Translations under genes and position numbers: made by a program
Assembly: GCA_050084515.1 (NCBI GenBank)
Contig: CM114271.1
Coordinates: 30,442,001-30,506,000 of the forward strand
DNA length: 64,000 nucleotides
Origin: Blasia pusilla
Taxonomy: Eukaryota
Direction: 5' to 3'
Shown: positions 1 through 10,639 of the stretch, in pieces
How the letters are laid out: each line of letters opens with the position of its first letter
How positions within the stretch are numbered: position 1 is the first letter of the stretch
Notes under the pieces: model-generated
The model's input: the letters and a program-made list of their open reading frames with translations, nothing else
The model's database searches: none
What the model was told of the DNA's origin: nothing

Positions 1-429
1 TATATACCCTAGGATTCATCCTAGACTTCTGCAAGGAGACCGTTGCTTATCGGCCAGGATGGCGGTCAGGTGACGGCCGGACGAGGTGGACGATCATGAG
101 GCGAGTCTATGACCACGTTGGCAGCTTTCACAGGTAGTGTTAGCTGACCAGGAGAGTTGTCGTAGGGGAACGCACATGCGGAGGATGTCCCAGTAGCGGA
201 TTGTCCCACGTAGCGACAGGCCATGGCGAGTGTCTCTTCCCATGTTGGCGAGGCCTCTTCACCATTGTGGGGTATGACTTGAGAGCTACAGCGGATTGCC
301 GATGACCTCGTGAGGCAGGCGTGGAGTCATGTTTTTATACCAGAGCAGCGAGAGTCACGTGGCGATCGGGTTCTTGGAGTGGAGACGTTGACCCCACTGG
401 ATACCACACCCGTTGTGTGGCAGTGCCTA

Positions 430-1080
430 GAGGAGGGTGTTAGGGTGTTAGATCTCTTCGGAGGGATTAGCACCGGATTGGCTGCACTATTGCAGGCGGG
501 CATACGGGTGCATCACTACCTTTATGTGGAGAGAGATGAGACCGCGCGGCAAGTATCATTATGTCACGTGGCGAGATTGGTCCAGAGGTATCCTGAGTTG
601 TTGCCGGGATCTCAACATACGCTACCCACCGACATCTCTTTGGTGGGGGCGCAGGATCTGGATAGAGTTGGCACCATTCATTTGGTGATTGCTGGATGGC
701 CATGTTGGGTCACGTGCCCATCATCCACGACTGCGGTGGACGAACCTGATACCATGAAAGGTACTGAGTCAAGCATACGGTGGAGTCCAGAGAGCACCAC
801 ATCTCACAGTGGATGCTATTTTGGGCTCAGGGCGTCGATCTCAGGTGGTGACACGAGATGATAGACCACCGTTGGCCATGGCCAATAGGGTGGGGGAGTT
901 GAGGGCAACCTTACCTACATTGGTGAGCTTCCCAGCATCCCATGCCTTTCGTCAGGGAGGGCCAGGCATGATTTGGGATGAGGTGACCGGAGCATTGGAG
1001 GAGCAGGGATGATTGAGGCATCCCGGAGACAGGTGTTGGGGCAGGCGATGGACCTTAAGTGTCTCACATGGATAGTCAGC
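430..1080 (+). pseudogene. DNMT3-like cytosine-5 DNA methyltransferase domain inside the retrotransposon pol
   Basis: Motif I VRVLDLFGGI (DLFGG at 451-465), motif II YLYVE, motif III DI, and motif IV LVIAGWPC (catalytic PC at 700-705). After a frameshift come a motif VIII-like GSRAHHPRLRWTNLIP (~707-754), a TRD-like segment (809-1012) and motif X-like RRQVLGQAMDL (1024-1056). Motif VI (ENV) and most of IX appear deleted. Confidence 0.88.
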
Positions 1081-1371
1081 CTAGGTATGGCTGAGCAGAG
1101 ACGGATGCGAGTGTCATCCATGCCGTCACGTCCACGTACAGGGTCTGTACAGGCATTGGCTGGGGGCGAGACGAGGAGAGATAGGCACCCATGGACTTCT
1201 TGGGACGTCGTTCGAGCAGAGAGTGCAAAGGCGGCTAGAGTAGCACATGTTTATTTTTCGGATGTGAAGCATGGTGTAGGAGGTCAGAGTCGATTGGCTG
1301 TTGCGGAGGTAGCTAGGGTTGCTACATAGCAGCCAAAGCCGGAGGTTGCGTCCTCTCCGAGTGAGGTCACG

Positions 1372-2800
1372 ATGGAGACTTGGGAGCATGTGATAGGTCT
1401 CAAGTTGATAGGAGGAGAGCGACGGCGGGTTCATAGGTTTCTGAGAGGGCATGTCAATTGTTTAGCCTTCAGTATGAGAGACTTGGGTACGCTGAAGGGT
1501 CCCAGGATACAGATTGAGTTGGCTAGTGATACGCCGATCTTTCGTCGACCCTACAAGTATTCTGATATGGAGCGAGCCTTGATTCAGAGCAAGAGTCAGG
1601 ACTTGTTGGAGGCAGGACTTGTGGAGTTATCACATGGGGAGTATGCATTTGCCACAGTCATGCCGGCGAAGAAGGATATGTATGGCAATTGGACGGATAG
1701 GCGGATGTGTGGAGATTACCGTCCTATCAATCGACAGACGAGGTCAGATCGGTATGCCATGCCTACTCCTGAGGAGATCTTTGATGCGGTAGGGCATGTA
1801 GAGATCTTTAGTACTTTAGATGTCCGTGCTGGCCATCATCAGCTTCCTATCAGGTTGGAGGACAGGGAGAAGACAGCATTCAGGGGGATAGATCGGTTTG
1901 GGAGAGATTTCTTGTATCATTGGCGGTTCTTACCATTTGGGTTGAAGAACGCGCCTGCAGAGTCTCAGAGAGTGATGGATAGGATTCTGGCTGGCTTGGA
2001 TTTTATACGATGTTACATAGATGATATTCTTATCTTCAGTTCCACGGTTGAGGAGCATGAGCGACACTTGGAGGAGGTGTTTCGGCGATTGCAGTTACAT
2101 GGACTGAAGTTACATCCAGGCAAGTGCAGATTGACTACTTGGGACACACCATATACCCGAGTGGGTTAGGCGTTCAGCAGATGAAGGTAGAGGCTATTGC
2201 GTAGATTCCACGCCCTACAGATGTGAGTCGAGTCCGAGCATTTCTTGGACTGGCGAACTTCTATCGACGGTATGTCAAGGGTTTTAGTGCGATCGCAAAG
2301 TCTTTGACCTTGTTGACGAGACTTGATCAGGTTTGGTTGTGGGGAGATGATCAAGAGCAAGCATTTCAAGAGCTCAAGGACACGTTGACGTCCTCACCCA
2401 TTTTACAGAGACTGGTTAGGGGTCGCCCATTCCAGTTATATACGGATTGGAGCATGTTGGGTCTAGAAGCAGTGCTTACTCAGAGGGATGTCGAGGAGAG
2501 GGAGTTCGTTGTGGCTTACGCGAGCCGATCAAACAACATTGCAGAGGCGAAGTACTGCTCCTACGAGGGAGAGTGCTTGGCTGTAGTGTGGGCCGTGGCA
2601 CATTTCAGGTGCTATTTATTCGGCAACCCTTTCATACTTATCACTGATCATTAGCCGTTGAGGTGGTTGATGGAGTCCAACAAGCTTACGGGAAAGCTTG
2701 CCATGTAGGCTCTATTACTACAGGAGTATGAGTTTGAGGTGGTTCATAGGTCAGGTCGGCTGAACCAGGATGCGGATGGGTTGAGTCGTAACCCATGTCC
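1372..2800 (+). pseudogene. Gypsy reverse transcriptase and RNase H
   Basis: RT: RMCGDYRPIN, FSTLD, PFGLKNAP, YIDD (2014-2025). RNase H: FLGLANFYRR, LYTDWS, VAYASRS, YEGECLAVVWAV, ITDH, ending NQDADGLSR. Confidence 0.95.
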
Positions 2801-3149
2801 AAGTCAAAGAGACGACATAGGAGCTTGATGGCACGGAGAGAGTGATGAGGAGATCGTGCCCGATTGGCATGCATATGCCTATCTTTGTTGGTTGACTATG
2901 GCAGGTCAACCATAGGTGATGACTCCAATGGTGGGGTTGGATGATGAGTCTTTCGATCCGGAGGTTAGTGAGGAGGCAACAGGTGGTCGTGATATCCATG
3001 ACGATGTGGAGGTTGTGGAGTTCTTGCGCACTGACATCATAGCGAGTACAGTGAGTGCTAGGGAGCGGGATCGGATCCTACAGAGAGCCAAGAGGTTCAA
3101 GTGGGAGGGGACTCATATTTTGCGGGTATGGGGAGATGGTAGGATACGA

Positions 3150-5410
3150 GTGGTACCCCATCCTTTCCAACGAGCACGTGTAGTGCGACATGCCCATGAG
3201 GAGTTGGGATATTTTGGAGTAAAGCGTTGTCGTATAGTAAAATCAACCAGTATGTAAATTCCTTTGTCATTAAGTGTTAGATAGAGTTTCATTAGTATTA
3301 AGTAAATTGGCTTAGAAAAAGAAAATTCTTATGTTTAAACCTCTTTATGGTGCCTCTTTTATGCGGGCCCAACTTTGGAAAAGGAGATAATAAATAAAAG
3401 ATGACTTTATAAAAGTAAAGTAGTTGCTTTAATGAAAAACAAAAGTAGTCTTGGTTGGTGGCTAGGTTAGTTGGGGTAATTTGGAAAATATCAAGTGGGT
3501 AAAAGAAGATATTTTGGAAGAGATAAGAGGAAATTTACTTGTGTCAAAATGTGATTGGTTAAGCCTTGAGAGGAAGCCATGTGACACAAGATAAGATAAG
3601 CTGTATTTCGTACTCTTGTGGATCCCTTGTGAGTTTATAAAGAGGAGGGACCTTCAAGGGTTCATCACTTTCTATTCCACATCTTGAGTCTTTCGTGTCA
3701 CTCTTGAGTGTATGATTTTGGGATTGCTTGCTCTTCCAATGAGAGTGGATCATCCCTGTTGGGAGAGTAACTTGACCATGGTCTATTCTTCGAGAGGTTT
3801 CGAGAGTGTGGTGTGTGTGTGGAGATGAGAGGTTTGTTACCTTAGAGGAGTTTAGTCATACTAAAATAGTGAATGTTTTGGCTTGTTACTTCCCCAATGA
3901 GAATGGATTACCCCTCTTGGGAGAATAACTCCGCTAAAACCCATTCTTGAGGAGAGTAGAGAATGTCTGTTAAGCATGGATAGGGATGGAGCACGAGTTG
4001 TGCCCGACTTTCCTTTCCTTAATCCATACCATGTCAAGATACTCTTTGTAGATAGGCACTGGTTCACTCGCTATTTAGTTTATCACTTTGGGGAGGCGTT
4101 CATGAACTAGGTCATTCAATCTCCAACTCCGGTGATCCTTCCTATCGTCACATATGGAAGGACATGGGATTGTACTTTGTATATCCTTATATAGCGATCC
4201 ATGGACGTCAATAGGCCTGCTCAAGTAGGATTTAATACTAGTTGTGCTATCTTCCTCGTAAACAAGCGTAAAATAGTTTATAGGGATTTTATAGTTATGA
4301 ATTTTGGGATCCGATGTTATGAGGAAGTGATCGCCTCGACACTTCCATTTGTGATACCTGTCGTGAGAGAATGGAGAGTATACATAATAATTTTATATTC
4401 AAAAAGGAGATCTTCTCAGAGAGTTCATCTTGCATCGACTGCGTCTGCCGCAACTAGAAGGCCTGCCCTTACTCGAAGAAAGACTCTCGACACGACAACG
4501 TACTTACAACTTACTTCAGGTGCAGTATTGGTGGCGCGGCATGCATACTGGGGTACAACAGTTTGTGGCCAGATGTATGGTATGTGACAGAGTGTGAGCA
4601 TCCTTCAATGTTCCCACTCTGCAACTACATCCTTTGCCGATTATGGGTTTAGGTTATCGATGGAGTTTAGACTTTGCGGGACCTTTGCCTTTGACGGGAC
4701 GTCATCATAGGTACGTGTTGGTCATGGTGGAGCATTTCTCCAAGTGGATAGAGTTGGTGGCACTACCAGACAAGGCGAGCGAGGGAACAACTTATGCGTT
4801 TCTAGATCGTGTGCTTAGTCACTTTGGTGCACCGGCGGAGGTGTTGACTGACCAGGGTACCGAGTTCAGGGGAGAGTTTCAGGCCTTGTGTGATCAGGCG
4901 CTGATAGATCACCGCACCACATCCTGAGATGGATGGGTTGGCAGAGAGAGTGGAACAGATGGTGAAGAGAGGATTGCACAAGAATGGCTTGCAGCGGAGA
5001 CAGTTGAGGGAGTGGGATCTACAGTTGCCATGGTTGGCTATGGGTTATCGCTTTAGTCGGCAGGCATCCTTGGCGTCATTTTCACCGTACTTTTTGCTCT
5101 TTGGGAGAGAGCCAGATTTACCTACAGCGATTCGACGTGACATGGCGGAGGTGTTAGATCTTGATGATCCAGATGTGTGGGTATAAGCATGTTCTCAGAG
5201 GGCAGAAGTTTTTCGTAGAGTTATGCCTATGGTCTTTGAGAACTTAGCTATTGCCCAGCATAGAGATACATTGAGGTACACAACCATTCGTGGAGGAGGT
5301 TATCGTCCAGGGATTAGGAGGTTTCATCCTGGAGATTACGTTTATTTACAACAGGCGGCACCCACGACGCTAGATGTCACTGCAGGGCGCACGATCCTAC
5401 GTGCGCGCGA
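3150..5410 (+). pseudogene. Gypsy integrase (split by nested solo LTR)
   Basis: Zn-binding region HAHEELGYFGVKR resumes after the insertion as TYNLLQVQYWWRGM. Core motifs WSLDFAGPLP, LTDQGTEF, GLAER and SPYFLLFGRE, then RRFHPGDYVYL. Confidence 0.93.
3228..4497. mobile_element. Solo LTR (1270 bp) of a second LTR family, nested in the integrase
   Basis: Termini TGTCGT...ACGACA form a perfect 6-bp inverted repeat. Flanks are gcgt (3224-3227) and acgt (4498-4501), a 4-bp TSD with one mismatch. Removing the insert restores the frame GVKR-TYNLL. Confidence 0.88.
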
Positions 5411-5555
5411 GGTATTATCGACTGGAGTCCTCATGTTGGAGGGACGGGATGGTATGGTTTGGACGGATCATGTGCGCAATTGTGCGCCATGTCATCTTCC
5501 GAACGTAGATGGGAGGGTGGATCCGAGCTTGGCAGTGGTACCTGCAGGCTTGAAG

Positions 5556-5696
5556 TGTATGTTGTGCCAATCTGCGATGGGTGCAGCCACCATGTTGGTA
5601 TGTGATGGTTGTTCTCGAGGGTGGCATATATCATGTCTAACCCCCCCTCTTGATGTGGTTCCCACGGGACGATGGATGTGTCTGAGATGTGTATAG
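5556..5696 (+). other. PHD finger (C4HC3) at the pol C-terminus
   Basis: CMLC...MLVCDGCSRGWHISCLTPPLDVVPTGRWMCLRC, in frame with the integrase C-terminal ORF 5223-5696. Confidence 0.93.
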
Positions 5697-5774
5697 GGTA
5701 GTAGGTCATGTCAGAGAGATGTGATATTTTCTTTTTGGAGTTGGGGGGATCCAACTGCCAGCTAGGGGGGCGGT

Positions 5775-5910
5775 TGTGTGATCTCCATGTATATGTATGA
5801 GTTGATTTTTGTACATGTGTGGATCGACCCGTGTGTGGGGAAGATCGGTGTTGTGTGGTGTAGATGTGAACAGCGGTATATGTTGTGTAGCGATATGTAT
5901 GCGCACGACA
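5775..5910 (+). repeat. Truncated 3' LTR of the DNMT/PHD Gypsy
   Basis: Lies directly after the PPT and has TG...CA ends. Its 136 bp match the reverse complement of 52982-53117 with about 6 mismatches (counted by eye). Confidence 0.85.
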
Positions 5911-6628
5911 CCTTGCTTTTCAAGGAGAGCTTCACTTCTTTCGAAAAGAAAAGTACCAAAAGAGGTAACCCCCTCCTCAAATTATAGTATAGATACCAGT
6001 TTATAAATATCGTGAGTACTATATGCATAGGGATTCGGGCAAGGTTCGGGAAGATTTTTTTGATATGCCAAGCGATTACTAGTAATATATATAGTTACCC
6101 GGTTTTTTTTCTTAAGTCATCGGCTCTGGCTGGAAATTTTTCATTTTCCAGGTTCATTTTTTGGTAAATTTCCATTTTATTCGGTGAAATTCACAAAAAT
6201 TAAAAATTTTCCGTGCCGAATTTTAGTCTCGATTCCTAGTCACCAGCGAGTTTTTGGCTTTTTTTATAGTCACTGGGAAAAATTCGGCCGTTGAAATTTT
6301 TGTAAGTAAATCTTTGGCCAGCAAGTATGGTCGGAAGATTTTCAGCCAACAAGCAGCGTCCTCTCTTTCCCCATTCATTCACTATCTTTACTCCAACATT
6401 CTAAGCAACCTAACTTGCAACACTCTAAAAAATTTCAACTTCAAACACCTCATGTCACTTGGTAGTAAATCACATATCATTTAGTAAGATATCCTTGGTA
6501 GGAGTTGAACCTGGTTCCTCCCACCAGTTGGGAGCCAAGGATCCTCCCCCTCTACAATACTTGGAGCCCCAAAGCTCCAAGTATTCTAAAAGGGCCCTAC
6601 AAAACCAACAAATCTAAATCAGAATATC

Positions 6629-8839
6629 CTATTTTATAGAAACTGCATTGTTGTCTCCTTCTACTTCTAATTCTACCTCTGAAGACAAATATTTTTCTGG
6701 ACTAGCAAAGATATATCTAAAATGAGCAGAATTTTTCCATAACACAAAAGACTCACCCAACAAGTCCTCATAATCAGAGGAAGGGCCTTCTAAGGCAATC
6801 CTCAAAACATCTAAGTATTTTGTAGACAACCTATTGCAAGATTTGCTCTTGATCATATTTTGAATGGAGAAAGCTCTCTCGCAAATAGCAGTACTCACAC
6901 ATTGGACTGTAGCAATATTTGCTAAAATCAACAAGTTTGAAAACTTACATTGCAAAGAGGGACCCCAACTTACCATAGCCCATAGGTCCCTAAAGTTGCG
7001 ATCCTTCCACTCTATGGTAGCCATCAGTTTGAAAGACTGAAACTCTTGTTTCACAATAGGAGAGTTAATCAAAGCAGGTTGCAATTGACCTCTAAGAGGT
7101 AATTGAGCTCCAAAGAAACCACAAAAATCATCTAAATCTTTACAGCCCTAGCTATTCAATCCCACCTGTCTAGAAGGCATGTGTAAGGGGTTTAGAATTT
7201 TCATTGCACCAATAAGATGGTTATCTCGAAATCGATCTTGCAAAGCTGAACATACACTTTCAACAAACTTGTTCTGAATGAATAATGCAGCCTCTAGATC
7301 CCTACTTGTGCGATCTCGAGACATCTCTATACTATGGAACCTTTTACCCCTTATCTCAGACTGTAAACGTTGGAGATAAGGGGATCAGGTAAAATGTGAT
7401 AACCTATGTCTTTAGAGAAGGTCGATGCATTCAAGTCATGTTTTTCCATCACAAAATTCATAGTGATGGAAGCTATCTCGGAATTAACAATGCTTCCTAT
7501 AGTGATAACATCCACAAACTTGTACTGGAAAATATTGCTCAAATTTGCAAGCATGGAAAGGATATCATCTAGAAAATACAACTGATAGATCATTTGGAAT
7601 GATCTTAACTTGTTAAATAAATGAGCAGCATTTCCATCATCCTCCGAAGGACAAAGGTCCCTAAAATAAATCAACACCGATTCTAGAGAATCACACAATG
7701 TGGAAACGACTTGCCATCGAGATAACCAACGTATTTTATGGTATCTCTTCATCACTCGTTTGGAATCATTGAACTTTTCCTACAAAGTGGACAAAAGTGT
7801 TCTCCTTTTGGAGGACCTCCTGAAGTAACCAGAAACAACATTGAGAATGGAATCCACTTCACTAGAGACTTCCTTGCAATCAACAACTTTTGCAGCAGAC
7901 AAAGCACCAAGATTTGTCTTATGAGCAACACAATAAACAGATAGAATATAGGGGTTCACCTTTTGCTTCATTTGTGAAGCTACCTCTGTCTGGCTACCTA
8001 CCATTGTCGAGGCACCATCACAACCAACGGCAACCATTTTAGAGAATTCTAACCCTCCATCCTTGATGAGTTGCAACAACATTTCAGTAATAACATTAGA
8101 AGACTTTGACTCACACTGAAGAAATCCGAGAAAACAACACTGTGCCTGTCCCTCTTCAATGAAAGTGGCAAACAAAACCAAATGACCAGTAACATATATG
8201 TCTGTGGACTCATCAATCATAATACCAAAAAAGGGAGAAGCTTGAACTCTTGAAAGAGTTCTTCTTAGCAAGACTTGGTTGATGAAATAAGACATTTCAC
8301 TGCAACTCCTTTCATCATGATAAAGATCTCTTGTAATAGGTGCGTTTACAGAAAGCAATAACTTACACAGATTGGGAAATTTCAGAAATGGCATAGCCTC
8401 CTTTGCAAGGAAGTATGCACACTTGAACAATGTAAGGAAGGCTACTTCATAGGTCCGGTTTGTGGTTGGCCATCGACTTCTTACCTCCATTAGCAGCCCA
8501 TGAGAGCTTGATATGCTCATTGGACGTGGCGTGGTCAGTGAACGCAGAGACTTTGCAATTAATTGCCCCATCTTTAGCAAAAGCAATCTTCCCCTTCCCC
8601 TTCCTACAGACTTTACAAAAAATCCTACCAAGACCTAAATCATAATCGATCCAGTCATACATTGAGTACCACACATCCTTCTAGGCAGTGCAAACTTTTT
8701 CAGGTAAGGCTCCACTACTACCTGATGCAGGTTGTTAATCTTTATCATCAGATGAGCCAGATAATGCAATGATATCTGGCACATTGTTTCGAGGTCCCTT
8801 ATCTAAGAATGAACTCATCGTCTTTTGTCTCTTGGCCAT
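6629..8839 (-). pseudogene. hAT-superfamily transposase (ZNF862/DUF4371-like), frameshifted
   Basis: N-terminal TTF-type Zn finger (W..YDW...IFCKVC...HATSNEH), MIDESTD, GCDGAS, CVAH, RWLSR and the dimerisation motif STAICERAFS. Candidate ATG at 8839. The element probably spans ~6.0-10.6 kb, with a candidate right end ...acccctg at 10577. Confidence 0.9.
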
Positions 8840-10639
8840 AATAACCAGTGAACTAGACTCGCATGTGAATCAATCTCTCTCTAAATGAACCCTAAATCAG
8901 AAAACATTTTAAACAGAGACATGTCTACAGAAGAAAATTCACAACAAAGGCTTGTGCAAAGCTAGTACAGAGAGGTAGCTATGGAAGAAATGCAACATGT
9001 GCACATCTCGGAAAGCTTCAAACTCATTCCCCAAGAGGATTTCCAAATAGTGGAATGAGGACTTCCAAATAGTGGGCACTAGGCACTGCTTGAGCGGTTC
9101 TCGGGGAGTCAGAAACTCAGCCGAATCTGCATAGTAACGAAAATTGAGAACGATTGAGTGGAGTCACGAAGCTGCGGAGACACGACAGAGATGCAGGCAC
9201 TTTAGAACTTCCTCAGAGCTGGACTGTCATGAAGCTGCGCAGCTAAGAGAGAAGGCACTACTACGGAGTCCAGGAGAACAACTTGCGAAACAACCTACGA
9301 AGTCACGGAGCCCAACCTGGAGAACAACCTGGTCCCAAGCTCAACGAAGCTACGGCTTCGTAATGAAGAGAAGTTGCGGCTAGCCGTGGAGCTCGCGGAA
9401 GCCAGAACTTTGTAACTACCAACACGAACTGCGAATTTGGGGAGCCAATGTGCAGAGTACGTTGGGGAGCCAACATAGAAGAGCAACAAACCGAAGATAA
9501 GCTACGGAGCGGAGAGAAAACAAGCTGTGAAGCGCACAAATCTGCTCCACACATACAAACTCGCAGAGTCCGGGAGAAGACAACCTGCTTCAATGCAGGT
9601 TTATGGTGGACTGCTTCGAAGTCAGCAATGAGAAAACGATGATGAGTTGCGGAGAGGGAGGAGTCTAGACTCCAGAGTGCAGCAAAAATCTATGCATCGT
9701 TGAGCAGCAACGGAGTCGGGTCCTTCTGGGAGAATCGGAGCTGCGGAGAGACGGGTACTTGGAGTTGGGGAGCAGCGGACTGAAAGGAGTTGGGGAGTGA
9801 GGAGTCCTGACTTGAGCGAGTTTATGTACTGTGCAACTGTGCAGCGCCGTCGAGTAGCAATGGAGTCGGAACTGTTGGGCCTTTTGGGAGCAACGGACTG
9901 AGCGAAGTCAAGGAGAGAGCAGCGGATCGAGCAGAGTCGCGGATAGAATCAAAGCTACGGAGAGTGCGGGGAGTCGGAGCCTCGGAGTCGGGGAGAGAGC
10001 AGCGGAGTGGTAGAGAGAATAGTGAGGATTGAGCTCGGGAGGGCTCGGTCTGAGGGTACTACCCCATGGCCCCACACGCTTGTCACCCAGCCGTGTCGCC
10101 TCTACCTGCCCGTCTCGGGCTGCCCCTCCTAAATCTTCACTTGAAGCCGTTGGATTTGAGTCGAACGGCCACCGCCTTAGGAGAAAGAGCGACGAGCTAG
10201 GGTTTGAAATCCTTCCCTCAAATTTGACGGTGACGATCTGCTATGCCTTTGGAATTCTCATCCAACCATCAGCTGTCTCCTCCAATCCCCCCTTGCCACG
10301 TAAGCCTAAAAATCGCCGGCCATCAAAATTCAAATCGGCTGTATTCCGGGAGGCTCATTTCAGGGAGCCGTCGGTTTCTGCTGATTTCAGACGGACGGCG
10401 GCTATATTCCGACGACTCCCTGCCGGAATGGGGATACTTTCCGTCATTCCTCTAGTGGCACGGTCACTTGCTAGAATGGCCATGTCACTCGCCGGGAACC
10501 CTGCCGGAACTTTGCCGAGCCAAACGGGAAAACGGAAAATCGAAAAGACTGCCGGCTAGCACTACTCGCGACCCCTGATCTGTGAAAACATTGGTTTATA
10601 TGGGTTTAGGGTTTCGGGATAAGTAGCAGGGAGCGACCA

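Larger units (their letters stand above)
1..5910 (+). mobile_element. Ty3/Gypsy LTR retrotransposon (degenerate, 5' part outside window) with DNMT and PHD domains
   Basis: Domain order: protease-like tail, C5-methyltransferase, RT, RNase H, integrase, PHD. This is followed by a G-rich PPT (gctaggggggcggt, 5761-5774) and an LTR segment ending ...gcacgaca at 5910. RT-RH-INT order is Gypsy. Many stops and frameshifts. Confidence 0.95.

Noticed and set aside
310-1080. Host DNMT3/DRM gene or bacterial restriction-modification methylase
   Set aside because: It has no introns, UBA/PWWP domains or partner nuclease, and it is colinear with and compositionally like the surrounding pol.
9000-10559. ORFs in the GA-rich region upstream of the hAT transposase
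   Set aside because: This is low-complexity subterminal sequence with mostly non-ATG starts and no domains.
5990-10600. Exact TIRs and 8-bp TSD for the hAT element
   Set aside because: Candidate ends (taggga at 6028; ...acccctg at 10577; ...aaaacattg at 10593) give no convincing matched pair or TSD.
10602-10618. Telomere-like gggtttagggtttcggg
   Set aside because: Only about two units; at most a telo-box.
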